Made by a program: the position numbers and the translations under genes. A stretch of 64,000 bases of DNA. Source: Neodothiora populina (Eukaryota). Shown piece after piece: positions 46,917-58,000 of the stretch; the stretch's first letter is position 1, and the number at the start of each line of letters is the position of its first letter. The notes below the pieces were generated by a model that did no database searches, had not been told where the DNA came from, and worked only from the letters and a program-made list of their open reading frames with translations. The stretch spans positions 434,001 through 498,000 of the forward strand of contig NW_027191410.1 of the NCBI RefSeq assembly GCF_041146345.1, given 5' to 3'.

Positions 46917-49140
46917 CGGAAAAAATTGGGCTGCCTTCGTCTTCCCCAAGGAAGAGCAAAGGCAGCAAGAAACAGCGCCCAAATGCACCTATACAGCCCC
47001 TCATCCACTCTTCAACCTAGGCCTGCCAAACTAACCCTCGTCGACTATACTTGTTCACCTGATAGGACACAGAGAAAATCATGAGCCAAGGATCTCATAA
47101 GAGCCGTATCCTCCGCTGCCGCTCGGCGAATACTCAAGAGACTGAAATATAACAACAATAGATCACACATCTGGCGGATACAAGGAACAGACAAGCCAAA
47201 GCTTTGATCCTCACTCGAGAGAGGTCCTGTCCTTGTAGCCGTGACCCAGCTGTCACGATCATTGCGTTTGTGTGATTGTCCCGAGTCCGTGGGTGAGCGC
47301 AGCGGGTTCGAAACGGCTAGAAATCGAGGTTGATTGTTTCCCTTGCAATGTGCTACATCCACAGCGAACAAGTATTGCGGCAAGGATCAACCGACTGAGC
47401 CTTGACGTCGAGTTTCCGAACGACCATGTCCACCCTTGTGACTAACACTATGCAAACTAAACGACGTGGAATCCGAGTCAACCACACCAAAACGTATGCC
47501 TAGTCGTTACACTAGACCCTTGGAAAAACTCTCACGATTCAGATCAGCATCCTCTCTCAGTGTGTGATGCATTGCTCTCGGAGACACGTCTTTGTTTCCT
47601 CGTTCGCTCTGACAGGCGGGGCCAGGCAAGACGGGCATTTGTGGAAGCGAACAAAGTACATCATCAAAAATCGCTTCGGTCTTCGTCACGAAGACCACGC
47701 AGCCTCTTCAGCAAGCTGAGGAGCGCGCAGGAGGTTCGGCGTCCATCAATCGACTTCCTTGTCAAGCAAGGAAGGAGACGGTTAACGTGACTGATCGAGA
47801 CAGTGGCGATTGAGCCAGCAGAACCTGGAGCTGGTGCTTACGGTTCTGGCTCGGCAGCCGATTTCGTAGCAACCAAGAGCGGAGAGAAGGTAGATGGCTG
47901 TCTCGAGCGTGAAGCTGAGAATAGTGGGTAGAAGAACGGTACGGGTGATCTTTGTCGAGATAGTCGCAAGTTGATGTGCAGACCAATGCAAGAACCATTT
48001 GCGTGACGATATCCTTACCTTTGAGGACTCAGACAAACCATGCAAGCCACGACATCTGCACGTGAGCGTACATCAGACAGTACAGGTTGAGAGGCAAAGA
48101 TATACAGAAATCAGGAGACATCGATATGCCATGGGGTGACAGCACGACCTGCAGATACCTCTGTGTGTAGCTCGGTGGCCTTGCTACGCGCAGGTGCACG
48201 ATTCTGGCAAGTGCCTGTAGAAGAGCCAGGTGGAGGTAGCAACAGTCGTCCTTCGTCTGTACGGAAGCAATATCGAGCTCATCTCTGAATACCTGAGCTT
48301 CCCACTGCCAGCCATCCGTACATCTCACAACAGGCACCTTGAGGTGCTAATGACGCTTTGCATGATTCGCAGGGTCCGGATCAGGAGTACCGACTTTGCT
48401 GGACACTTGTATGTGTCGACACCTCGCAAGTCTGTCCACGACACGAGCAAGACCCCAAAGACATCCTCATACAAGGTGCCCGACGGTTCTTGCCTACCCA
48501 GCCCGAATGTAATTGCCACAACAGACCGTAAGAGCTGTCCGTGTATGATCAGAGCATGTTGTCCAGCCAGCCGATTGACGCGTGGGTTCTCAGAACCTCT
48601 TATCAAAACGACGCATATAAAGGCTGCGATTAAGGCTAATGCAGCACCGGACGTCAACGACACTTTGACTCCCGTTGCCGTGATCTTCATATCGATGCCA
48701 CCCCGAAGAGAGTATGCAAGTCAAGAAAGAAAGCGCGAGGAGGTAATCACGAAATTGGCAGCTTCCTGGCCAGAGGATCACGAGACTTAAAGAACCGAGA
48801 ATAGAGCATTAGGGTTAAGTTCCGGGATACATGCCCACCTGCGTTACCTTGCACCAGAACACGCGCCAGCAGCCCAGTGTGAGCCATGCTACGAGGCTCG
48901 AGCGCAGCGCGTGCACCGATGTAAGGACTGTACAGATGGCTCAGAGAGATCCCAACCTCGGGAGAAGTCGAAAGATGCAGCCCGTGACTGTAGGGAGAGT
49001 GCCATGCGCATGTATTAGAGAGACGACTGATTTCTGAATCGAGAAAGCATCAAAGAGCCCAGCTTCGCGATATCAGCGGCATCACGGTGGTGGGTTGAGT
49101 TGGTGATCGATTGAATGAGGAGTGTGTGTAACAAAGGCAG
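46917..49140 (-). ncRNA. Telomerase RNA (TR/TER), about 2.2 kb; 5' end approximate
   Basis: Template TAACCCTAA 48817-48809. Candidate pseudoknot 47677-47588. P5/P6/P6.1 three-way junction 47237-47179. Nested 5'/3' long-range helices. Terminal hairpin 46966-46930, Sm-type site AATTTTTT 46927-46920, then ATAAGT (46916-46911)..GCTGAC..TAG. No credible ORF in the interval. Confidence 0.87.
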
Positions 49141-51085
49141 ATGTGTATGCTACGGTAAGAAGCTCGACAGAGGGCAAACATATAAATAAGGTCAGAGTCC
49201 GGGCGCGTTACATCGATAAGGCGATAAGACGTTCTTGGCGGAACTGTCGCGTCGCGCTGTCACGTTGCTCACGTATTGCCAAAGAGGCGACTTTCATCAC
49301 CATCAGTTGTGCATGATGCACGATATGATTACAATCTTGATCTACAGATACCAAGTAGCATGATTGTGGTACGGTCGGATATAGTCCTCATGCCTTGAGT
49401 GCTACATTCTGCTCTACATTCTGCTGACATTAGTAAGGATTTTGAGCCCCTGCAAATCAGATTTCATCCGTGCTAATGGAAGGCAACTCGTAAGATTGGA
49501 CAGTCGTACAACTGCAAAGACCGAACAACCGTGGGGAATTTGAACGTGGGGTATATTTTTTGTGGCTCCAACTACAGGTAGCCCGATATAAGCTTGACTT
49601 CTCCGCATGTTTTTCCGACCAATACGCCTTGAAACGCCTGGCCATGCCATCTCTCACACTCAGATATGGTCCCAGCCAAAGTAGCCTGATTCTGAGAACG
49701 CTCCTGCTAGAACGCGCAAGGAGTGCGCTCGACTAAAGCAGCTAACGGGAGCTAATGGGATCTCATTGCAGGCGATGCTAATGTGTCGCGTAGGATGCCC
49801 ATGTATGATCTGGATCGTGTGTCGTTATTGTAGGTTCCCTCTGGTATGCAGCTTCATCCTCGCATTTCCGTGTCTGCGCCCTTGGTAGCGGCGTCCTTTG
49901 CAGCGATCCATAAAACGTTGTTGCACCTGTGACAGAGTTCAAGATTAGCGAGTCGTCCACGACTTGACTCTGAGTTGGTCCGAACGACAGATCGCCACGG
50001 TGTGAACTACCGCCACGTGTACAATCTGGTAGGGAAGAATGGACATGGTTACCTGATGAGGACCTGTCCCAGGCTACCAGTGCTCTTGCCATCCATATAT
50101 TCTTCGGCGTTGCTGAGTTGTATGTTCATGTATGAATCGACGGAGACTAATAGACCAGTGTATTCGGAGGTTCCCCACTTCAGACGAATTCTGACTTCCT
50201 CGTTCACACTGCAATGGGGCGTCAGTGTCTATAGGCGCAATGCTAGTCATCAACCAAGGACGTACAGAGATTGCAGCATAGGCCGCGGGTTCAGAGGTAC
50301 AAACTAATCGCTGTCAGTAAAAACTCTCCTGAGGATATAATGCGCAACACCTACGCTCATGTTTCCGACGGCTTGTGATGAATTTCAAGTCGAAGTAAAT
50401 TGGTCCTGGACGTTGTCGCGCGCTGGATGAATCTCACAAGTGACGGGGGAGCTGTAACAACGGAGGTTGGCTTCACGGCTACTTCCGTCGCCAAGCTGCG
50501 TGCCAGCAACGTGTACATGGAATCAATCGCTTTACTTCTTGCTCACTTTGGCAACACCTTATTGACATTCGATCCTGCAATATCCTGAAACAGACTATCG
50601 ATGCTATCGTCTGACCACCTGACCATATCTACTTGATCGATGAGTATCACTGTGACGCGAGTTCGTTTACATTGACCCAATTGAAAGGACTTTCGCTTGT
50701 GCTATCCACTATCTGAATCTGTAGCAATGATGGTATACTAGCTACGCACCGAAATGGATGTCGCCTTGAGGAGAGCGATGCTGAATCGGGTACAATGAGC
50801 ACAGTATCATATCTCTTGCATTTTGTGAGGGATCGGATTGATAAAGCTTATGAGAGCAGCGATCCCGGCGACCGCTTCCTTCAATGAACCCCGCAATCCT
50901 GATAAGGTGCCTTAGTTGGGGGGATGTGGGAAGCTACAGCGCCTGTTTGTGAGTCAATGATAGCAGTGTCACGGAGTCATACGAACCTTCAAGTAACACC
51001 CAAGCAAGCTGGTCAGCGTCTCGTTGGAAGGCGCACTGTGACTGCTTGTCTCCATTCTCTCAATCACAAAAGAAACTCTATCAGC

Positions 51086-51941
51086 ATGCCTCAGTTCTAT
51101 GGGTCCATGTCAGACAGCCTACGCGACTGGGCACTTGGTCAACACGTCTTCTTCATCGCATCCGCACCCCGATATGGGAAGCATGTGAATGTATCCCCTA
51201 AGGGCCTTCCAGCATCCACATTCACGGTACTCGATCCGAACACAGCCTGTTACATTGACGCTACGGGGTCTGGTGCCGAAACCATCGCACACATGTATGA
51301 GACAAGTCGTGCAACCGTCATGTTCTGCTCTTTCGATAAAAGTCCGAGGATCTTGAGACTCTTCTGTACTGGACGTGTAGTCGAATTTGACCAGCCGGAG
51401 TACGAAGGTCTTTTGAAGAAGATGGGCAAGGAGCAACTCTCCGGCGCCAGGGCTGTGATACTGCTCAACATCTTTAAGGTCAATATGCCCCACCTTGGCC
51501 CCCGGAAGGCTGTGCATGCTCATAACAGTATAGGTCCAGACATCTTGTGGCTATGGTGTGCCACTTTTGGCAGACGTAGATAAGTCTGAAGTCGACAACG
51601 AAGAACCACGAGCTCGATTCGAAGACCGTCAAACCTTAGGCCACTGGGCGTCAAAGCGGGTCGAGAAAGGGGAGATGGTAGACTATCAAGCCAAGAACAA
51701 CGCGAGGAGTCTAGATGCGATGCCTGGACTCAAAGCTGCCAGAAGAACGAATGGCGAAATGATCTGGCTCGAAGACTTCAAGGCATTCCTAAGGACATTG
51801 TTGCACCAGTGGCAAGCCGTCATCATTGGTATGTTGTTGGCTATTGCATTGACCTCGATAGGCGATGGGTTTCTGATAAAGTTTTGTTTCCTCATCGTTG
51901 CTCTCATCTCTTTTTCTACAGCATCGACCACGATTCATTAG
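51086..51941 (+). CDS. Pyridoxamine 5'-phosphate oxidase-like FMN-binding split-barrel protein with a hydrophobic C-terminus
   Basis: Exons 51086-51478 and 51534-51941. Motifs FFIASAP..G.HVNVSPKG, Y.DATGSG.ETIAH, R.TVMFCSF...PRILRLF, VQTSCGYGVP and YQ..NN.RSLD.MPGL. Confidence 0.9.
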
Positions 51942-52973
51942 GAGAAAGGACGTGGCCTCCCACTGTCACCTTGCTGTCTGTGTGATGTGGTCACTTATTG
52001 ATAGCAATATCTAATGAATCAAAATGCGTTGTGCTGAGAATTCCTCGCTCCATAACTCACTAACTGATCAATTTATACCTGCTCAACTAGCCAAGAGCGC
52101 TGAAAGTGTTGAAGCACCCACAAGACAAGACTCATAGATGTGTACTTCAGCCGTACCTGACATAAACATCACTACTCATTCCTTTTGGGAGCATCTCACA
52201 ATGAGTAGCTATGAGGATATTGTTAACTGTCGAACATATCACGCCGTGACCCACCAACATCCAAGACCAGGAAGACATTTGCATAGTAGAACCAGATACT
52301 TAGGGTAACAGTAAGAGAGGGCATCGGGAGTAGGTGTATAACCAGAACAGTAGGTGACACGATGTGTGACTCGGAGTTCTTAGAGTTCTCGTCTCGCCAT
52401 GAGCGCAGGCGTGAAAACTCCCCTTCTTTTCATGCATTAGGTTCGTACCACACATACAAGAGCGCTGCAATTTGATCGGATGGTGGCCAGAATATGTAGC
52501 TTTAGATGACCCACACAACTATAGCTCTTCTCATCATTATTGCCGAAAGGCTATCATGCCACCATACCAACTAATTGAAAATATGGCGAATCAGAGACGA
52601 ATACAGTCATATCCGTGTCTAGCACATCCATACACAAAGGTCACAAATCGACAGTATCGAACAAAGTATGGTGATGATTCGAGGACATCTTGATTCATCA
52701 GCTTACCCTACCTAGTCATCTCTCCTCTTGCCATTCATCATTCCTGTACGACTCAATAAGCGGGCCGCCGGTCACTCAAAGGATGGACGGGTGCCAGCCA
52801 TACTGCCTGGAGCGGTCTCAAACCTTATTCTCGTTGCTTGGCCTGCGTCAACAGAGATCTTCGATCGCCACGCCTATATCAGCGACTTTAACATCGACGA
52901 CGATACAGTATTGGAATGTATACTAGGTACCTAGTTTTGTTTAGCTTATGGCTCTTATGAACATTTCCTTACG

Positions 52974-52992
52974 CTCTCTCTCTCTCTCTCTC
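52974..52992 (+). repeat. (CT)n microsatellite upstream of photolyase
   Basis: Read directly from the sequence. Confidence 0.85.
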
Positions 52993-53178
52993 CACATCTG
53001 CGGTCTACCACGTGTGTGTCTGTTTACATTCACGCTATATCCATCCTCGTTGTTAATACGCCATCCCACATACCACTGCTGAAGAAGTGTATTTGACAAA
53101 TCCAGATACGTTCGGAAGAAATCAATTGATCATCAAATCGATTTCACCTCTCTAGGTACAAGTAGAACATATTCAGCC

Positions 53179-55038
53179 ATGCCTCCCAAACGTAAAGCAT
53201 CGACCCCGTCCCCGACAGAATCAACCCCTCCGCCATCAAACCGATTCTCTCCTACCAAACCCTTTTTCTCTGCTTCCAGACCCGCTACGACCACGCAAGA
53301 ACAAATGCAAGTCATGTTTCCAAACAGCACGGCGTCTCAGCGACAAAATGATGATGCCCAACACTCCCAACCCGAAGATGAAGACATCTCCTCATCAGCG
53401 CAGGATCTAAGATTCTACCCCCGAGAAATGCCAAACTCGCGCTGCGAAGCGTACATTAACAACCAGATCCCACGTCCGCTAGCTGTTCTCCAAAAAACAC
53501 TTGCCGCCACGGCGTCGGCGCGCGCAGGTATTTCGGTCGGCGAGAGTGTGGTGCACTGGTTCAAGCGCGACTTGCGAACACGTGACAACCACGCGTTCAC
53601 GCTGGCGGCGATCAAAGCTGCGGAGAACAAGGTCCCGCTGATTTGTCTTTTTGTCGTCAGTCCGCAGGATTACGAGGCGCATGTGACGAGTGCGCCGCGG
53701 GTGGATTTCGAGCTTAGATGTCTTGAGGAGTTGAAGGGTGGGTTGGCGAAGCGCAGAGATGTGCCGCTTTATGTGCTTACTGTGGAGGAGAGGAATAATG
53801 TTTGCGGAGAGGTGCTGAGGCTGTGTGAGGAGTGGGGTGCTAGGCATGTTTTTTGTAATATCGAGTATGAGGTCGATGAGCTGAGGCGGGAAGAGAAGCT
53901 CGTCAGGATGGCTTTGGAGCAGGGCGTGAATTTCACTGCTGTTCATGATGATGTGGTTGTGGCACCTGGCGCTCTGACTACCGGACAGGGGAAACAGTAT
54001 AGTGTCTATTCTCCATGGTACAAAGCGTGGGTCTCACATCTGCACTCGCATCCATACCTTCTCAAAGAACACATCCCACCCGAGGGCAAGAATCCCGCTG
54101 GTACGAGAAACAGGTACAAGGAATTATTCGAAGCACCGATTCCCCCTGCGCCGGAGAACAAGCGCATGACGAAAGAAAGAAAGGTGAGTTTCGAGTCTCT
54201 TTGGCCTGCCGGCGAGCTCGAAGCTCAAGCACGCTTGAAGAAGTTCATCGACAAGCGTATCCACACATACAACACCGGACGCAATTTCCCTGCGGCGAAC
54301 AACACTGCCGTGCTATCAATCCATCTCTCCGTGGGAACGCTTGCGGCACGAACATGCATCCGACAAGCGCGCGACGCGAACTCAACGACTAAGCTCGACG
54401 GCGGGAATGATGGAGTCAAAACCTGGATCTCGGAGGTCGCGTGGCGAGACTTCTACAAGCATGTTCTGGCGCATTGGCCGTATGTTTGTATGGGCAAACC
54501 ATTCAAGTACGAGTATTCCAGCATACGATGGGAGTACAACACGGAGCATTTCGAGGCATGGTGTCAAGGACGCACTGGATATCCTATTGTCGATGCTGCT
54601 ATGCGACAGATGCGGCGGATGGGTTATATGCACAACCGCTGTCGGATGATCGCTGCCTCGTTTCTAGCGAAGGACCTGTTGCTCGATTGGAGGCAGGGGG
54701 AGCGTTTCTTCATGCTCAGTCTGATCGATGGCGATTTTGCAAGCAACAATGGTGGCTGGGGATTCAGTGCGTCGTGTGGAGTTGATCCGCAGCCCTACTT
54801 CCGCATTTTCAATCCGCTGTTGCAGAGCGAGAAGTTCGACCCAGAAGGCGAGTACATCAGGAAGTGGGTACCAGAGCTAAAGTTCGTCGAGGGCAAAGCC
54901 ATCCACGATCCATACGGCAGAGGCGAGGGCAAGACGGCCGAGAGAGCGGGCTATCCGAAGCCGATAGTCGTGCACAAAGAGTGCAGAGAACGGTGCCTAA
55001 AGCGATACAAGGAAGGGCTTAGAAGAGACACCGCCTGA
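53179..55038 (+). CDS. PHR1: Class I CPD DNA photolyase
   Basis: VHWFKRDLRTRDN, EVAWRDFY, WCQGRTGYPIVDAAMRQ, GYMHNRCRMI.ASFL.KDL, DGDFASNNGGW and PYFRIFNP..QSEKFDP.GEYIRKWVPEL. N-terminal NLS-like PPKRK. Confidence 0.96.
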   Translation: MPPKRKASTPSPTESTPPPSNRFSPTKPFFSASRPATTTQEQMQVMFPNSTASQRQNDDAQHSQPEDEDISSSAQDLRFYPREMPNSRCEAYINNQIPRPLAVLQKTLAATASARAGISVGESVVHWFKRDLRTRDNHAFTLAAIKAAENKVPLICLFVVSPQDYEAHVTSAPRVDFELRCLEELKGGLAKRRDVPLYVLTVEERNNVCGEVLRLCEEWGARHVFCNIEYEVDELRREEKLVRMALEQGVNFTAVHDDVVVAPGALTTGQGKQYSVYSPWYKAWVSHLHSHPYLLKEHIPPEGKNPAGTRNRYKELFEAPIPPAPENKRMTKERKVSFESLWPAGELEAQARLKKFIDKRIHTYNTGRNFPAANNTAVLSIHLSVGTLAARTCIRQARDANSTTKLDGGNDGVKTWISEVAWRDFYKHVLAHWPYVCMGKPFKYEYSSIRWEYNTEHFEAWCQGRTGYPIVDAAMRQMRRMGYMHNRCRMIAASFLAKDLLLDWRQGERFFMLSLIDGDFASNNGGWGFSASCGVDPQPYFRIFNPLLQSEKFDPEGEYIRKWVPELKFVEGKAIHDPYGRGEGKTAERAGYPKPIVVHKECRERCLKRYKEGLRRDTA

Positions 55039-58000
55039 GTTCGAATCGAGCCGGCGAGGTCTGTCGAAAGTAATCAGCTCTCGTTTTTCTTCAGGTAGTT
55101 CGGTTCGGAACCGAATCCACGCGAACCGTGCCGGTGGACACCTCAACGAGCGTCTCACTATACCGTACGGGGCGTTTCACTCCGGCTGAGTTCACAGAAA
55201 ACCTCTCGGATCTTCACAGCTGAGTATTGGCTTACGCAGCTTTGACTCTCGACGAGGAGAGGTGGTGTCACGGTCGCCGTCGTACACTCTGACAACTGGT
55301 TCGATCCGTCGAGCTGAACACTTCTCCGTTGATCGTGGAAAAGAAAGGAGAAGTCGAACTCGTACGCGTAGACGAAGTTCGCTTACGCCTTGTACAGTAA
55401 TCGTCGCGCAATCGGGTATATCATCAGCTGGAAGTGTCTTCCGAAGAAAGCATTGTCGTTGCGCCGACGGTCGAATTGATTACAGCCGTGGTTGAACTTC
55501 TATAACTCCCGGCGACGCGTCCAATTCCGGCAGCCCTGGCGACGAAAGAGGAATACATGACTGCGTGCTGCATCCGCAGCTACCCGTGGCTTACCTATAT
55601 TACGTGTTGATATTTTTGTTACTCGAGGCTTCATATAGAAGATGTGATGGATATTGTTGTAAATTGCCTGCGAGTCTTTTTCGTCCAGCCACAATCTAGA
55701 CGCTTTGCAGGCCGTCCTTTCCAGCGTTCGGCGTTGCATACTTCTATAGCCAAGCCAGATATCTTTTTCCGCGGCAGGTTGATTATGCAAAAGCATTATC
55801 CCAATTGGCGCATCGCAAACAAAAGCTCAACAGGAAACTCTGTTTGAGTGGTCGGATCTAGGCACCGTTCTTGTGCGATCATTTTCGCTTCATCGTACAG
55901 GAAGGATCTGTACTGTGGTGTTTCAAGCGAAGCGTAGTGGGGCGCGGCCACCAGGCTCTCACGTCCCAGCGCCAGGATCGACCGCTATCATCGCGGATGT
56001 ACGGACCAGACATCATCCCGGGCTTATAGAGTGTGGTTCGCTTGGAACATCAGCAGCAACACGTAATCAGAGAATTACGAATAGAGACATTGTTCAAAAT
56101 TGCTTGATTTGGGTGTGTGGACGCTTTTGGTGTGGGAAGAAGATGCGTCTTAAAATTTACGATAACGAGGCCTACCTAAATCACCTGTCAAAAAGCTGCA
56201 GAGATCGAATGCCGCATTGATGTCTCGGGGTGCATGCGGCTGAGTAAAGAGTATTTGTACCAGGGGAGTGCCTCGAAGATCAATATGGAGGGCACAAGAT
56301 CACAGGGTCAGCACTGGTGACACAACGCATATCGCTCCAATGCGCACATGCTCTGCGTAGCAGATCTGAGGTAGGAAATGGCCTGATAGAAGCCCGACAG
56401 CATGGCTTACGGCGCGATCGTGGTCTGATAAGGTATGAAACTGGAGATCTGTGACACTGTAATGGGCTCATGGTCACGTCGGGAGACCTGGTGTGTCTCA
56501 CTCTGAAAACGCCTTGGTACTTCATCAGATCTGTGAGCAGATAGGTGCGTACCGGCATCGTCTTCCAGGGGATGACCTACATCAAACACTCTTCAATCAG
56601 CAGTTTCTGGGGTGCCGACCGACCTCGGCCGGACGACGGCTTTGCTCATCGTCCAAAGTAAAGTGAATGATACTTGCGGGTAACGACAATCCCGTTCGCG
56701 GGGGATTTGTCGCAAATCGTCTGTTTCGAACGACATGGGTCCAGGATTTTAGGATATTGCGGCACATGAAAATAGACGAAGAAGGGAAATTCATACGGAT
56801 GCCTCGTTCCGACTCTCCTATATGCTCGTCGGGCCCATTCCCTTGGGACAGGGCTAATAATTACCCTAAGGGCAGAATAGGGGCAGCCCTCATGTAGGGT
56901 ACACGGGTATGGCGCATGTCGTGACTCGCATGACAGATGGCTTCGACGGCAGCTATTCCTACACGGCCTGTGGGATTGGACTGGCATCACCAGTGCTACC
57001 AATAGCGTCGCTCCGCGACGGGGGTTCCAGGTTGCCCGTCTGTGGTCAGCAGCACTAAACATGACGCGGGAGGGAATGTGACCATTTCGGGCATCCCTGG
57101 GGCGGTGAAGAAGTGTGGACCATGCCATGTACAAAGATCACAACGACACAACAGCCGCAACCTATCGTGAAAGCCGTTTCTCGATCGATCTCAGGATTTG
57201 AGATTCTAGTCACCACGAGTGTTGATCGCGTGGCAGACCAATAAATCGTACTGCTAGTGTGGCTGCGTGGTAATTGAAAGATGTGTCGTCAAGATAAGGT
57301 TTTTGTCAACTTGCTTGAGACGTGTCTGGTGCGACGAGCGGTGCGTGAGCCAATCAATGGCGCAATCCACATGACATGCTATGGGGATGAGGAGATGGAC
57401 GCGTTAGCGCCCCTCGCGGCTAGTGGTCAGAGTTTTCCGCGACATGATATCGTGGTGGCAGGCTCGCTACAGGTCGTGGGATGTTGGCGATGTGGATTTC
57501 CATGTGTGCACTGTATCTCAAAGCCCCCGAGATGTCGAAAACGGTGGATATGCATAGCCGAGCGACCACATGTGCCAGGTAATAGTTACCGACGTGAGAT
57601 GTCAGGTTCTTGTGAAAAGATTGAAAGTTTCCTGGTTAGTGTCTGCATTGAGACGTTGTCCAGACCCCTCCACTGTGGAGGTCATGGTTTTCGTGGTGGC
57701 TGACGGGGGTCAGCCGGGGAAGCTCGCCAAGTGGACGATCAATATAATATACAGTAGTGTCCGTGTTTTGTAGATCCCACAGATATGTTGGGTCTTTGAG
57801 CGAGGATAAACATGGACTCTGGTTCCTTGACATGTATAGGAAATAGCTGTTGTGTCAAGTTGCAGCAGTCCCTTGCAGGATCTTAGCCACGTGAAAGCCA
57901 CGGAAATGTCAAGTTCTTCCATCCAGATAGCATGACTGGTAAATCCGTCACCTGTCACCGGAGTCATTCGCTCTCAAGCATTGTTTCCAGGGTGAGACAT

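Noticed and set aside
47031..47038. CTAACCCT on the plus strand as an alternative telomerase template or telomeric seed
   Set aside because: Shorter match, on the wrong strand relative to the Sm and splice module, and explained as one arm of a long-range helix.
47045..49037. Short ORFs on both strands in the 47-49 kb interval (e.g. 48230-48790, 48325-48690)
   Set aside because: No recognisable domains, codon bias or coherent splice model. The interval is better explained by the structured ncRNA.
55380..55430. CTGATGA on the minus strand as a hammerhead ribozyme core
   Set aside because: No stem II followed by GAAA and no closing helices.
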